Source of the DNA: Saccostrea echinata
Lineage: Eukaryota
DNA length: 64,000 nt
Direction of reading: 5' to 3'
NCBI RefSeq assembly: GCF_033153115.1
Contig: NW_026889778.1
Coordinates: forward strand, 37,758,001 to 37,822,000
Within the stretch, counting starts at the first letter, position 1, and each line of letters starts with the position of its first letter. Of the stretch, positions 25,901 to 38,792 are shown in pieces. The position numbers and the translations under genes were made by a program. The notes under the pieces are model-generated. The model was not told the origin of the DNA and searched no databases. It worked only from the letters and a program-made list of their open reading frames with translations.

Positions 25901-28623
25901 GGTCATTTTGATGCAGAAAGAGATCTAACAGCAAATATTGTACGGAGAATAAAGCATTTCTTTTTAGAGCCATTTAAATCTGGTAAAATTACAATATATC
26001 ACGCCCCGGGTGCAGGTGGATCCACTCTTGGACAAAGAGTTTTATGGGAATTGAGATCCATGACTCCCTGTGGACAAGTACAAATGAATTCCAGGACATT
26101 GGTTCAGGACTTAGTTGACAGAATAAAAATATTATTTGAGAAAACAAACTTACCTGTAGTATTGCTTATTGATGGAGAAGACCAGCAAAGGTTTACATAT
26201 TTGCATAAATTTTTAGAGAGAGCTCATTTGATTGTGATATTATTACACATCAAACGTTGCACACAACCAAAGAAAACCATAAGTTTGAAGGAAACCGAAT
26301 TCTGGTTACCTGGGACAGTTTCGTCAAATGAAGCAAACAAACTTGGAATCAAATTTTCAAATCAGTGTGACTCACCGGAAAAGAAAGATCAAATAGACAG
26401 TCTAGTAAGAGATGTTTCTGATGGTAAAGAGCACCTTATGTACGAATTCGGAATGGTAGCATTCTTGTCAGAGTTTAAAGGTGTACGTTCTTTTGTGCGT
26501 GGATACCTTCAGCTTGATAAAAATCCCACTGAAAAGCTCCTCTCGTGGCAGAAGATTATAGGATACCTTTCCCTGGTTTACTACTATGGTCAAACATCAA
26601 TGCCTTGCCAGTTCTTTTCAACTCTTTTGGAGTTACCACCAAATTATAATGTTACCATGGAGGATTTTCCCTTCCCTGTTCAGATGTTCATTGTTTCTTG
26701 CTCAAATGAAAACAAACGCAATACCATACGAATATGTCACTATACAGTTGCAAAGGAAATATTAGAGCATATGCTTACTTGGAACAAAAAGAAGATGGGT
26801 AAATGTGATAGCTCTGGGTTGAGTATTACAGCTCGATACGAACTCTACGAATTTTTGACCATGTTCTTGGAAGACATTAAAGCAAAGAAAATTAAAAGCA
26901 TTGTTAAGTCTGGAATCATTGCAGATATTTTAAGAAGAACTCTTATTTTCCGAGATAACCAAGATGTCGGTGACAATGAAGTGCCTGGAAGAAGGAAACT
27001 GTCTCGTCTGATGGCAGATATTGAATGCAAAGCGCCTTACATGGAAAGGATTGACATCCTAAAGCGCCTGACTGATATCTTCCCAGAGGATGCTAATTTT
27101 CATGCGCATCTTGGAAGAATGTATTCAATATGTAGACCAGAGGATGAAAAGAAAGCTGAAAATTGTTTCATCCAAGCAGTTGATTTATGTAGAAAGAAGA
27201 AAGCAGGGAAATCTTATGAAAACTTGGATGACAGTGCAAAACATACACTTAAGCATGTTTATCACATGTTTGGTATGTTTTACTTGCAAAGAATTACGAA
27301 GTATACAGGAAAATCCCACGGAGATAAACCAGAAATTCTTACACCACAGGATAATTTCGATAGAAAATAAGGGAACTACTACAAGACGCTAAGGATGCTT
27401 GCTACTATTTCTTTGAGACAAGAGAATTGACAAATTTGATTGGATATGAAGAAGCCTATGGATACGTAGGAGAAATAGCAACAAGGTTAAAAATCTGTGA
27501 ATTTATTTACAGGCATATGACTTTCAGGGAATTTGAAGAGTTTCTAGAAGTTTCACCTGATTCAGAAATAGTCAACTTCGTGAAGGATAGCATCACAACA
27601 ATTCTTGAGTTGTTTCTGCAATGCTACGGATGCGTAGATTCTGAAGACCTGCCGCCTGGGTTTTTCAGATATATTTATTGGTACAACGCACTCTTCAAAT
27701 CCCAGGCAAAAGAACTGGAAAGGCTGGACATAACAGAAGATATTTACTCTCGGCGCTTACATGTAGCTGTTATTAAACTGAAATATGGAAAGGATGAATC
27801 CCTTGGAACCTTAGAAAGGATATCCTCAAAATCAGACATTGAAGAGATTGTGCGTATTTGTGAACAGAATTTCAAGGATGCTGACCGTGGCGGATTTACT
27901 CCAATTAGAAGCGCAATTGACCTTGAATACAAAGATTGGCTCAATGCCATTAGACATGAAAAATTTTCAGAAATCTATTGCACTGCAGACGTCTTACGGA
28001 GAGTTCGTCATTGGCATGATACTTTGAAAAGTCCGAGTTCAAAGTTCTACTTGTTCATTCTTCTCAGCATACTTGGCTTTGGATACTCAGAAGAAACATC
28101 ACCAAATGATGAAATGCTGAGGGAAGCAAACGAGTTACTAGAACAGCTGAGGAAAGGAACGAAAGCTTTAGCAAAACCAAGAAGTCCGAAAGAATGGTAT
28201 GGTAAAGGACCAGGAATAAAATGCCTCATACCAAGTTGGAAAGTCAGGCATAGCGGTGAAAATCGAGTAAACGCCGGGGACTCTAGTACCACGCATTTAG
28301 CAGTATTCAAAGGGACCATTACACGACCGCATACACAAAGGCAAACTGGATATATCAAAATGGATCTTGGGGACAATAAATTTACCGTTCGAGTGTTTTT
28401 CATTCCAGTGAGAACTAAAGAACCGCTTGTGGGAAGTCGATACGCTGGAGAGAGAGTTGAATTTGTCTTGGCCTTCACATACGCTGATGGATATGAAGCA
28501 TACAACGTTGCTTTGTTAAAGAAATATCATTGTTTCAACTGCAATAGAAAAGTCGAAATTACAAGTGACAAGTTCTCTGTACAATGCAAATGTGGAAGGG
28601 TAGTAACCAAGTCGGATAATTGA
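22956..28623 (+). CDS. SAMD9/SAMD9L-like STAND NTPase with N-terminal death domain and RHIM-like motif; ~1594 aa if the frameshift at ~27365 is corrected
   Basis: Coding exons 22956-23001, 23487-23759, 23869-23964, 24104-24220, 24372-28623; all introns GT-AG, phase 1, and joining in frame. SAMD9-family motifs: WLSVYDFD (SIR2-like), Walker A HAPGAGGSTLGQRVLWELR, Walker B LPVVLLIDGE, TPR-like FHAHLGRMY, OB-fold ERVEFVLAFTYADGYEAYNV. Confidence 0.88.
23207..23427. mobile_element. MITE in an intron of the SAMD9-like gene
   Basis: ta-ctgtgaa ... tccacgg-ta ends with inward-facing ttcgtgg / ccacgaa motifs; similar element at ~41004-41224. Confidence 0.5.
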
Positions 28624-29784
28624 ATTAGCTGTGTGACTGATGTTGAAATTATTTCGTATGAAATTATATTGATTACTGTTGAAATTTGTGTTTTGTACTT
28701 AACTGGTGGTAACATATCAGACAGTCATCAAGGGACCACTTTTTTTCCTTCTTTCATCCGAGTGCATGGGGTTGCACGTCATGACATGACAGTTCTTTCT
28801 TCTTTATGCAACTTCAATAAATCAGTTATGGTTTTATTCAGGACTTGATGAAGATTGACATTTATTAAAGTCACGACAAGTGGCTTTTTGTTCATTGGGA
28901 TTGTGGTTAATTTTCTTGTTGATATTGTGCATGGTTGACTACGAAAAGAAAAAAAAACCAGTTTTATGAAATGATATGAGGCTTTGCAATTTTATTTATC
29001 AATTACATTTTATATAATATATCTTTTCCAGTCAGTTAATTATTGAATTGTTGACTAAATACTGCTTTTAATGATTGTTTATGAGGGCAATGGTTTTTAT
29101 TGATAAAAGTGCTTTTTCTATTCAGGCCAATTTTTTTCCCAAGGGTAAAGAACCTGTTTGGTCTATTTTTAAACATATATTTGCTCATGAAGCTGTGATT
29201 TTCAGAAGCTAGACTAAATATGTTCATTTTAGAAAAATAGCGCTGAAACTATAAGTTATGTTTCTACTTTTAACACCATTTTATGTACGGTACTTTTTCA
29301 ATTTGTTGGGATTATAAAATCTTATGTATACTGAAACCATTTTTCAGCACTCTTTAGCTGAACAAGGTTTGTACTTAGGTTGTCAGAAATAATTGTATCA
29401 GTACAATATATCATGATATAATTTAACATGTTAAATGAAGCGTAAAGAAGTAAAGTCTGCATATATTTTTAGTACTGTTGTCTGCTTGTCATCAGTCTTT
29501 GAGATATACATTTGTTAAAATCAGGACTCTCTGGAAAGTATGAGCATTTGACGCACAAAAGCAGTGCATTTATTTTTGCCTTTATTTCGACAAAAGAAAG
29601 GAATACATGTTTATTTTCATATTTAAATACCAAAAGTAACAAGCAGGTACCTCACCGGAGATTCAGGAATAATTTAGAGTACCAATTATAATTTGTAAGA
29701 GTCGATTTTTAAGAGAATGCACTGGATTATAATTCATCTAATTTATAAAATATTTCCAAGCAATAATCTCAATGATCCTTATAC

Positions 29785-30380
29785 CGTTAGGGGTCCTGTG
29801 TCAACTCTTTGCCGTTGGACCCCTGACAAATTTCATTCGATATCTTCAGACTGACTGCACCGATGTCTTTCGGGAAAATTACAAATCTTGATTGTTTTTC
29901 TCATCTCTCAACCAATCACAGTAAACCTTTCGGTAATAAACAATGCGTTACACGTGCATTTTAGGTGTCAACTGATTCATTTCTGTTTATAATGAAATTT
30001 CATCACTTATTTTTCAGTAAGAGATTTCTTCTTGTTTAATGAATGTTTAAATTATCTTCCTTGGCATTATCAATTCATTTATTTACAGTTATTTCATGAC
30101 CCTTGACAAATTTCATTCGATATCTTCGGGCTTCCTTCTCTCATTGAGAAGCGCCAATCAAGTTGCAGTAGACAGATAATATATACACAGAAAGAAATCA
30201 GACGACACCTAAAATGCACGTGCAACGCAGTTTTTTACCGAAAGGCTTACTGTGATTGGTTGAGAGATAAGAAAAACAATCAAGATTTGTAATTTTCCCG
30301 CTGCAGTCAGCCCGAAGATGTCGAATGTTCAAATTTTGTCAGGGGTCCAACGGCAACGAGTTGACACAGGACCCCTGACG
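29785..30380. mobile_element. Foldback MITE with ~190-bp inverted arms
   Basis: cgttaggggtcctgtgtcaactc...gcattttaggtgtc is mirrored by gacacctaaaatgc...gagttgacacaggacccctgacg. Confidence 0.8.
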
Positions 30381-30914
30381 TTGTCAGGGTGGAAAGAAAA
30401 TTCTGTGGAGTAAAATCAATTTTAATTATTTTTGAAAATGTTTCCACTGAGTTTTGAACATTCTTATTTCTTAATTTTTGTTAATAATACCTGGACTTGT
30501 TTTGAGTCTTAAAATTTTATCACTTGAAAAACTTTTTTTAAAATAAGAGATTTCTCTTTGTTTAATGGATGTTTAAATTATCTTTCTTGGCATGCCAATG
30601 AATTATTCAATTGAAGACCAATATAAGGTCTTATAGTTATTTTATAATCCTTAGATGCAATATCCCTGTAATTCTGGTCCATGTATCATTTATAGTTACT
30701 TGGGAAATGGATTCTTGGTCGGAGGCGCCCCTCTCTACTTTTCACATATTCATGTCTGTAACGAACATTGGAAAAATACATTTATTTTTACTGAAATACA
30801 AAATATACAACAAAAAAAATAACATAAAATAAATGTCAAATTTGCATGCATGTACGGAAATACAAAGAAACAAAAGATCAAGTCCAAATGGAATGTTTAG
30901 AAATACGTTGGCAG

Positions 30915-32231
30915 CAGGGATGGGGTAATTGAAAAAAGTAATTGTAATTGACTGTAATTAATTACATTTTTTGAAGTAATTGGAAGTAATTTGTAATTGA
31001 ACATTTTTTCAATTACTTGTAATTGTAATTTAATTAATTACACTGAAAAAATACCATGTAATTTCAATTACTTTTTCAATTACATTCAATTACTTTATAT
31101 AATACACATTCATGATATATTCATGATATATCGTCACCACTACCTCCCCATTTTACTGGTTTTTATTTTATTGTTAAACATATCCTCAATCCTTCATTTA
31201 TACAAAATCTTAGGTTAATGCTTACAAAATAATTAAATGATTGGCTTGATAATAATAAACTAGTTTCTTTCTAATCATTATGTAAATTTTGAATTTTTTG
31301 ATCTATGTTTATAAATATGAATTTTGAACCACCTAACTTAGGTCTATTCAGCTATGAAACACACATTTATTATATTTCAATCTTTGTTGTTTGATCAATA
31401 ATAAAGAAAAAGAAGGTGTATGTCATTAATTAAGTTCTCTCTTGTTGGGAAGAGATAATTGCCCTCCAGATCACAGCTTTAAATTGCAATCAAAACAAAT
31501 CAACTCCTCTAAAGAGATATTCATTCCATGATTTAGAAGACAAAGCCAATGAAGATAATTATTTCAATTTAAAATGCTCCGCTAGCTTTAGAAAAAAAAC
31601 CATTCAATTTGATAATTATTTTAACATCTAAACAGATTTTTATGAATGAATCTTCTATCTGTACAATTCTGATTTATGAAGTAAAATTGTTCAACATAAA
31701 TAGCAATTTAGGATGTTCAGGTTACCTTCAAAGGAAATATTTAATTTGAGGGGTTACAGTTGCGACTCATTTCACTCTATTAAAATACTCACTTTTAATC
31801 AAATATCATAAGCCATGCAATTTGTGTACATGTAGGTTTTGTGTGGTGGAAACTGCATCAAACTGATCTCGGATAGTTCTTTAAGGAGATTCTTATTGTT
31901 TTGTAAATAAATGTTATAAAATTTAATTAAACCAGAACGATACACAATGCCTATAGCATATTATTTCTTGTACAGTAACTGTTTGTGCAGAGGCTGAGCT
32001 TATATACAAATAAATGATGTTCTGTATATTCATTGACAAGGATTATAAAAATTTTCAAAAAATTAAAAAATGTAATTTGTAATTTAATTAATTACTTTTG
32101 CAAAGTAATTGTAATTTAATTAATTACATTGTCTTAGAAAGCCTGTAATTTAATTGTAATTTAATTGAAGAAAAAGTCAAAGTAATTGTAATTTAATTAA
32201 TTACTTTTTAAAGTAATTGACCCCATCCCTG
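30915..32231. mobile_element. Non-autonomous hAT element
   Basis: TIRs cagggatgggg / ccccatccctg; exact 8-bp TSD gttggcag (30907-30914, 32232-32239); subterminal gtaatt/aattac arrays. Confidence 0.9.
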
Positions 32232-32830
32232 GTTGGCAGATGGAATTTTTTCAATTTGACGTACAAAAACTGTTGGTATTATAAATATTGATGTCAATCT
32301 ACTCAAATATGCACAAATAATGATTACAATAAAAAAAAAAATCTTAAAAAAAAAAACAGTTGGAGACTCCACTTTTTAGTCCTCAAAGTCAAATATGAAA
32401 AGTAATGCAGAACATAATATTGAGATGCAAAAATGTAAATCTTGAGATGGACGAAAGACCTCTATGTCTATCTTAAAAATATCAACTTTAGACCAAACCT
32501 AAAGTATACACAACTCTGTGAGCATGAAGAATGAATTTTGCAATAACATTTCGTATTTTAACAACAATATAAAAGTCACTATTGGAAGTTTTGCAATATC
32601 ATGAATACAGCAGGTATTCCATTAGGAGCCTACTGTATTTTGCAGAGAGCACAATCAATTGCTGAGAAAAATTATGTCTTATATGTATAGCTCTGCGTAG
32701 TTTAGAAATCTGGAATACATGGTATATAACTAAATATGTAAACATTTAAACAAAAAAAAGTTTTTTGCTACAGACAGTATAATATTTACATGTCACTCAT
32801 ATCCAATAATTAAACATATTTTTAATACTG

Positions 32831-32868
<38 letters not shown>

Positions 32869-34375
32869 AAGATTTCTAATATATCACATATTTTTTGCAA
32901 AATTGGTACAAAACCTGATTAGGATCACAGAACACTGTAAAATCACAACAGTGCATGACTTGTTTTATCAAAATGTTCATTATCAACAAAATCATTTAAA
33001 TTAACCATCACAAAACACCCTGATCCCACCCCCCCCACCCCCCCTTTAAGGGGACCGACTTGGGTTTTATTTTGCAAAAACTACAATAGAAAAATTCTTT
33101 ACTTTTACATTAAATGGAACCTAAACTGACCTATGTTTAGATGCAAGGTTTCAGGAAAATCTACCATTTGGATATTTTCAGGGTCAGTCTTGGAATACAG
33201 GTACATTTACTATAGGATTATATAGGGAATTACTACTTTTAGCACAATGAAATTCTACAAAAAACTTTCTGTCCAATTTGTAATAAGTGGTGAGTAATAC
33301 TATAACATTGATATTAAATCTATGAAACACAAAATTCTACATTCTAATTTTCTAAAGGGGGAATCTAAAATTTTAACAAATTTTCATTTTTTGCTTACTT
33401 GTTTTTTTAAACTAATAAGATATGTATTATGGATTCATACAGAAAATTACAAAAAAAATATTTCCACATGTTTTATGACTAAAATTTCAAAGGTCTATAT
33501 GCATATACTTTTTCTTTTATAAAAATGAATTATAACCTCCTTGTAAAGACGTAATATAATGTCATACTATCGATAAAAAAAAAATCTTTAAAAACTTCTT
33601 TATGAAAAAAATTATTCTTTAATCTGTTATATCTTAATTTTATTACATTTGATAAATGATATTAAAATAATTTCTTTTAAAACATATATTTGCTGTATTT
33701 TGCAATACTGTGCAAAATATTGCATGATGAAAATCCCCAGTTGGCCACCTTGAAAAAAGCCAAAATTAACAGATGTAAATCTGGCTAATCTTATTGGAGT
33801 ATCATCTGCAAGACTTGCTTTGTAGCTCCAAAAACATTTTAAATACATGTACATTTTTTTAATTAATCCTAGCTTTATTAAAGAAATAAAAGGAAACATT
33901 CAGTTAAATTGCAAGAAATTAACAAGTGTTTGACTTCGGAGTTCCTAACCCCTAAAAACTATTTAGCACCTTAGTTTGCGTTTATCATCATGTACAGACA
34001 ATGGACCACTTTTTGTTCCTTTGTCAAGTGCTACTTGTATAGTTGCAATCATTTAACCATAACATAAATCTAAAAGTATCAGGTGTCACTAACCATGTTA
34101 ACATGTGCTTTCAGTGACATATGCATGGCACATAAACCATAAAAATACATGAAGGTATTTCTACTCATTTAATATTGTAAGTGTTTGTAATGTTTTGTCA
34201 AAAAAAAACCCCAAAAACACAAATTCTTCAGAAAAAGTAAAGTATGTTAATGACATGTCTGCTTTGTAATATACTAAAAAATAATTACTTGCTCACTGCA
34301 GAACAACAAAAATATAACATATTCCAAAAAAATTATGTCAATTAGCCAAGACACAACAAGCACATACAAATACCA

Positions 34376-36316
34376 CTACAGAGTTGTCATTTTAGTGACC
34401 TTTGTGGATCTTTCTTCACTGTCAACATCCGTGTTAACTGACACCACAGAGATGGTCTGAGCCATCTCTCCTGTCCCACAAAACTCCTTCATGGACATCA
34501 CTCCAAACTTCACCTGCTCCACTCCCATGGCAACCCCAGCCCTGACACGGTTGGCTGCAATGCTTCCTGAGTCTTTGATGGTTGTCAAGTACTGGGAACC
34601 AGATTCTCTTATGGAATGCACTCGATTGCGGACTTTCTCCATCTTCTTTTCCAAAGTTATTTTCACTTCATTTAAGGTATAGCTGGTGTTGCTTCGACCT
34701 TTCTCAAGGTACTCTTCTGGAGTAGGTGTTGCACATTTCTTTGGAGATGACCTAGGTGTCCTAGCAACTGGAGAATTTACAGGGACTTTAAGAAGGGATT
34801 CCTCATTTTGGTAAGAATCATCGTAGGAATCTTGGTCATCCAGACTCCTGCTCGATGAATTCTGATCATCCGTATAAACTTCAAAAGTGTAATCCATGGC
34901 GACCTTGGGTTTTTCTCTTTGTTCAACAAGAACACAAGAGCATTTACAAAAATGTATTGCACAAAGTTTAATCATTCCAACAAGCAAACCAAACACCAAA
35001 GCAGTTAGAGCACTCACACCTCCATATACCATGCCAACCCATTCAATGGTAAAAAGTTTTGTAACAGCAGTTAAGGTTAGGTTTGCTGTATCATTTCCAT
35101 GACTGTTAATCAGCACACAGGTAAAAGTCCCATTGAAAACCCCTCGAAAGTTGGTAAATGTCAAAGTATTGTTCTCTGTTATGAACAGTTCTGAAAAATC
35201 TTCTATACTATGCTTGTATTTCAAATGTGACAGAGTTGTTATGTTTATTTGTTCCAGCATTTCTTGGTTATACTTATGGCTTATTTTTACTCCCTGAGGT
35301 GTTATCCAGTATCCAATAGCATAGATTTCAGGTGATGCTCTGCAATGAATGGATCCACTGGAACTGACAGGAACTTCCAGAGAGTTAGTTACTTTATCAA
35401 TGTGAGGAATATCACACTTTAAATCATTCTGCGTCAAATCTTGTAATTTTGTTCCCCGCATTCTGAAAGGAGAGTAGCAGTCTAGCAAGTCTGGATTGGA
35501 AACTCTTAGTTTTTGCTGTGTCAGGAATTCTAGGAAGTTCTCCAATTCACAAGAGCAGTCCCATGGGTTTCCATGCAATCCAATTACTGTGTAATTGTTT
35601 ATTTCTGATACAACCTTCCCTGATAGACTTGTTAAAGCATTCTCACTTAATTGAAGGGTTTTCAAATTAGTCAAGTTCTGAAAGGTGCCCTCTGCAATCC
35701 AGTGTATATTATTGTTTCTCAGATCTAACTCTTCTAGAAAATACAGTGGATTAAATAGACCCAGAGGAAAAGAATAAATCTTGTTGAATCTTAAATGAAG
35801 TGTTTTCAAATTAGCTAATCCTTTAAAAGCATCTTTTGGAAAAGTCTGTAATTTGTTTTCACTAAGTGAAAGAATCTTCAAGTTCTTAAACTCACTAAAA
35901 GCACCTGAGGAAATTTTCACAATATCATTCGAACTGAGATCTAATTCTTCAAGTAGTCCTGGGTTTCCTACATGAAGCATGTCTATTGTGGTTAATGCAT
36001 TTCTGCTGAGATCAAGTATTTGAAGTCCTTTTAAGGACTGGACTTCAAGAGGGAATGATTTCAAACCCCCAAATATGTTCAGATGTCTAACAGTGAAAGT
36101 TTGGGGGATGGACTGGATAGAGAATCCCTCATAATAAGAGTTGCAGGATGCCTCTTGTTTAGAATGCTCACAAACACAGAACTGAGGGCATTTTGGGCTT
36201 GAAGAGTTTTTCTTTGAAGCATGCGTAATGACATCCTTAATGTATACAGACTGGCTGATCATATGTTTGTTCCATGCTGCTATCAAAAAGACAACAGCAA
36301 GAACTTTCTGTAGCAT
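34376..36316 (-). CDS. LRR-Ig single-pass membrane protein (LRRN-like), 646 aa, intronless CDS
   Basis: Signal peptide; LRRNT CPQFCVC; about 7 LxxLxLxxN repeats; LRRCT NPWDCSC; Ig domain (HCRA..YW..FTC); TM helix VGMVYGG..LLVGMI; long cytoplasmic tail. Confidence 0.93.
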   Translation of the reverse strand: MLQKVLAVVFLIAAWNKHMISQSVYIKDVITHASKKNSSSPKCPQFCVCEHSKQEASCNSYYEGFSIQSIPQTFTVRHLNIFGGLKSFPLEVQSLKGLQILDLSRNALTTIDMLHVGNPGLLEELDLSSNDIVKISSGAFSEFKNLKILSLSENKLQTFPKDAFKGLANLKTLHLRFNKIYSFPLGLFNPLYFLEELDLRNNNIHWIAEGTFQNLTNLKTLQLSENALTSLSGKVVSEINNYTVIGLHGNPWDCSCELENFLEFLTQQKLRVSNPDLLDCYSPFRMRGTKLQDLTQNDLKCDIPHIDKVTNSLEVPVSSSGSIHCRASPEIYAIGYWITPQGVKISHKYNQEMLEQINITTLSHLKYKHSIEDFSELFITENNTLTFTNFRGVFNGTFTCVLINSHGNDTANLTLTAVTKLFTIEWVGMVYGGVSALTALVFGLLVGMIKLCAIHFCKCSCVLVEQREKPKVAMDYTFEVYTDDQNSSSRSLDDQDSYDDSYQNEESLLKVPVNSPVARTPRSSPKKCATPTPEEYLEKGRSNTSYTLNEVKITLEKKMEKVRNRVHSIRESGSQYLTTIKDSGSIAANRVRAGVAMGVEQVKFGVMSMKEFCGTGEMAQTISVVSVNTDVDSEERSTKVTKMTTL

Positions 36317-36606
36317 CTTCAGTAGTCGTCCATGTGTTCACAGCTGTAATGAAAGAAATTGTAATACAGTGTACAGGCAATGTTACCTCAAAAGAAAAAT
36401 TTTAAATAGTTACTTGACATAAATTATTTTCATAAACCAGAGAATTAATCATCTAAAATACTCCTTCTATGGTATAATGACACAGTTTTCGGGAGTTGAC
36501 AATATTTTAAAGGGTACATTAAGCTCTTTTGTTGTCCTTGCCTACAACAAACCCTCTACCATTAAATTGATTTCACAAGCCCGGTTTAGCAGTAAATTTT
36601 GTTTAA

Positions 36607-37323
36607 AGGACTTATCGCATGATCTTTCAAAAATCGTAATTCTATGAAAAATATTATCTACAACCTTGTTTATTAAATACTGAATACAATAAACATTGTT
36701 GAAAGCATATTTTAAGAGATATTGAGAGTTGAAATTCAAAAACGGCAATATGCATATTTCAGTCGGATTTCTGCGAAATACAGCTCTGACATCATAGGCG
36801 ACAATTCAGTGATAGAGAGATGAGAATTATATATATGCACACTATTTATGGAGTTACCAACGACAAATGCAGCTTGATTACGAAAAATGCTGAAAAAATT
36901 AATTCCTGACGTGCTTTTTAATTACTAAAGAAACATTAACTAGTTCTAAGGTATAAGGCTTTTGAGATATTTTCGTTTTTTATTCGAAACATTTAGAATA
37001 TGTACAGCTCTGATTACGGCAATGTTTCGTGAATGGAAAATTATTTTTCATGATCCCCATCCTTTACAAAACATAAGTAAATTAATTTATGCTAAAAAAG
37101 AATAACAACGTTATACAATATTAAATTTGTGAACCAAATAAGTTAATACATGTGATAAGATGACAAATCAAATTGTGATTTAATTCAGGGGTTTTCATTG
37201 AGCCGATAATTGGTTAATTTACCATGGTTTATCTGCAGTAAAAACAAAAATTTATAAACTGTGGTCATAAGGAACGTTTTACGCTTTTAATTTCAAATAA
37301 TTTAGAAACATGCGATAAGTCCT
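36607..37323. mobile_element. Kolobok-like non-autonomous element
   Basis: ttaa|aggacttatcgcatg ... catgcgataagtcct|ttaa: 15-bp TIR, TTAA TSD, RR..YY termini. Confidence 0.75.
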
Positions 37324-38792
37324 TTAATGAATCATGGTAAGAAAGGTAACTGTTAACAGTACAGCTAGTACACATGCAGAGTATACATTCATTTTCAAAA
37401 TGGCCCATTAAAAATTTTGACATCGGCCATAGTCCCCTTTGACTTTCATGGCCTTCCCAATCACTGGGAAAAAATAAAACCTGAAAAGAGTGACACCTCT
37501 CCAAAAAAAACTTGCTAAAGGTATATAAAGTATCAGGAATAGAAGTAAAAGATATGGTACTGATACCACATTCAAAGCGGGGGAATGCATTAAATACAAG
37601 AAATAATACCCATTAACGGAAACCATGTTCAAAGCCAGGGAATGCATAAAATACAAGAAATAATACTCGAAGCGAATGAAAAAAAGCTGCAAGATTTGTG
37701 GGCTTTTATGATGCATAATCAATGTTCCGAGAGGTCCGGTGCACAAAGAGCAGGAGGAGCAGCATTATTTTCAAAGAACAAGCTATGTAAACAAGCGAGT
37801 GGAGCAGACGCCATTACGGAGTCTGTATACCTTTACTCTTTTTTACATATTCAACAAGTAAACATAGTTATAAACCAAGACCCAAGTACCTGTGTTCAGA
37901 ACCAAGCGCAAGAAACTTTCAACCTTCAAGATACGTACCATGACAAACAGCACAGTTTAATGTTTTCAGTATCAATCTATCTTGCTTTTTTCATGAAGTC
38001 TGTTATTCAGTGTTGATCGAGATATTACGGAAGTAACAAAGAAAAACGTCCCACCTATTCGCCTTTCAAAATACACACTGCCACTGAGTGAGACACCATT
38101 TGAACTTTGCATTAAAATTTGAGGAATGCTTATGAATGAAAAAGCGTGAATTAGACACCCTTCAGAAATTTACCTTTCCTGATCAGCTGTTACTTCAACT
38201 AGTAAACTATTTCGAAAATTTTGGCTCAACACCTGTTATCAGGTGATAAAAGAATTTCCGGTGTATAAATTATTTGTAGAACGAACCCGACAAAGCCATA
38301 CGTTGTGGGGTTAAGAGAACTTTTACAAATCTACTAGCTGTGTTTACATTAATAATTTTTATTCATGAATAAATAAAAAGAAAAAAAATACCAACCTTAA
38401 AACAAACAAGCAGGATAAACCCAAAATTACTTATTTAAAACATGATAAAAGTGATTTTATTTAAAAAATGCTAAATTATCATATATTTTTTTTTATGAAA
38501 ACAAAATTTTAAAATTAAAAAAAGATATATAGTCACCCTGTTTGAAACAAGTCTTCCTTTATAGTTTACAAGTCCCTATATTTATGCACAAGAAACACTT
38601 TTATAATCTGCTTCAGTTTGGATTGCCTAGTATGAAACGTTTACTTGGCAATTATTAATAAGGTTTTAGATAAATAAAGTTAATCATGGTTAAGTGCAGT
38701 CAAAAGAATTGTAGTAAATTTTATTTATTTTGAAAGTAAAAATAATTAAAGTTGGGATCGACATCCCAAATATCAAAATCTAAGTAAACAAT

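Noticed and set aside
28047-28505. 152-aa antisense ORF and other shadow ORFs within the SAMD9-like, LRR and GPCR genes
   Set aside because: Opposite-strand or alternate frames of real CDS with no recognisable motifs.
24407-28623. Prokaryotic antiphage (Avs-like) operon or contamination
   Set aside because: Spliceosomal introns, metazoan TEs and flanking HAUS7/IFRD show this is native animal DNA; the two ORFs are one frameshifted gene.
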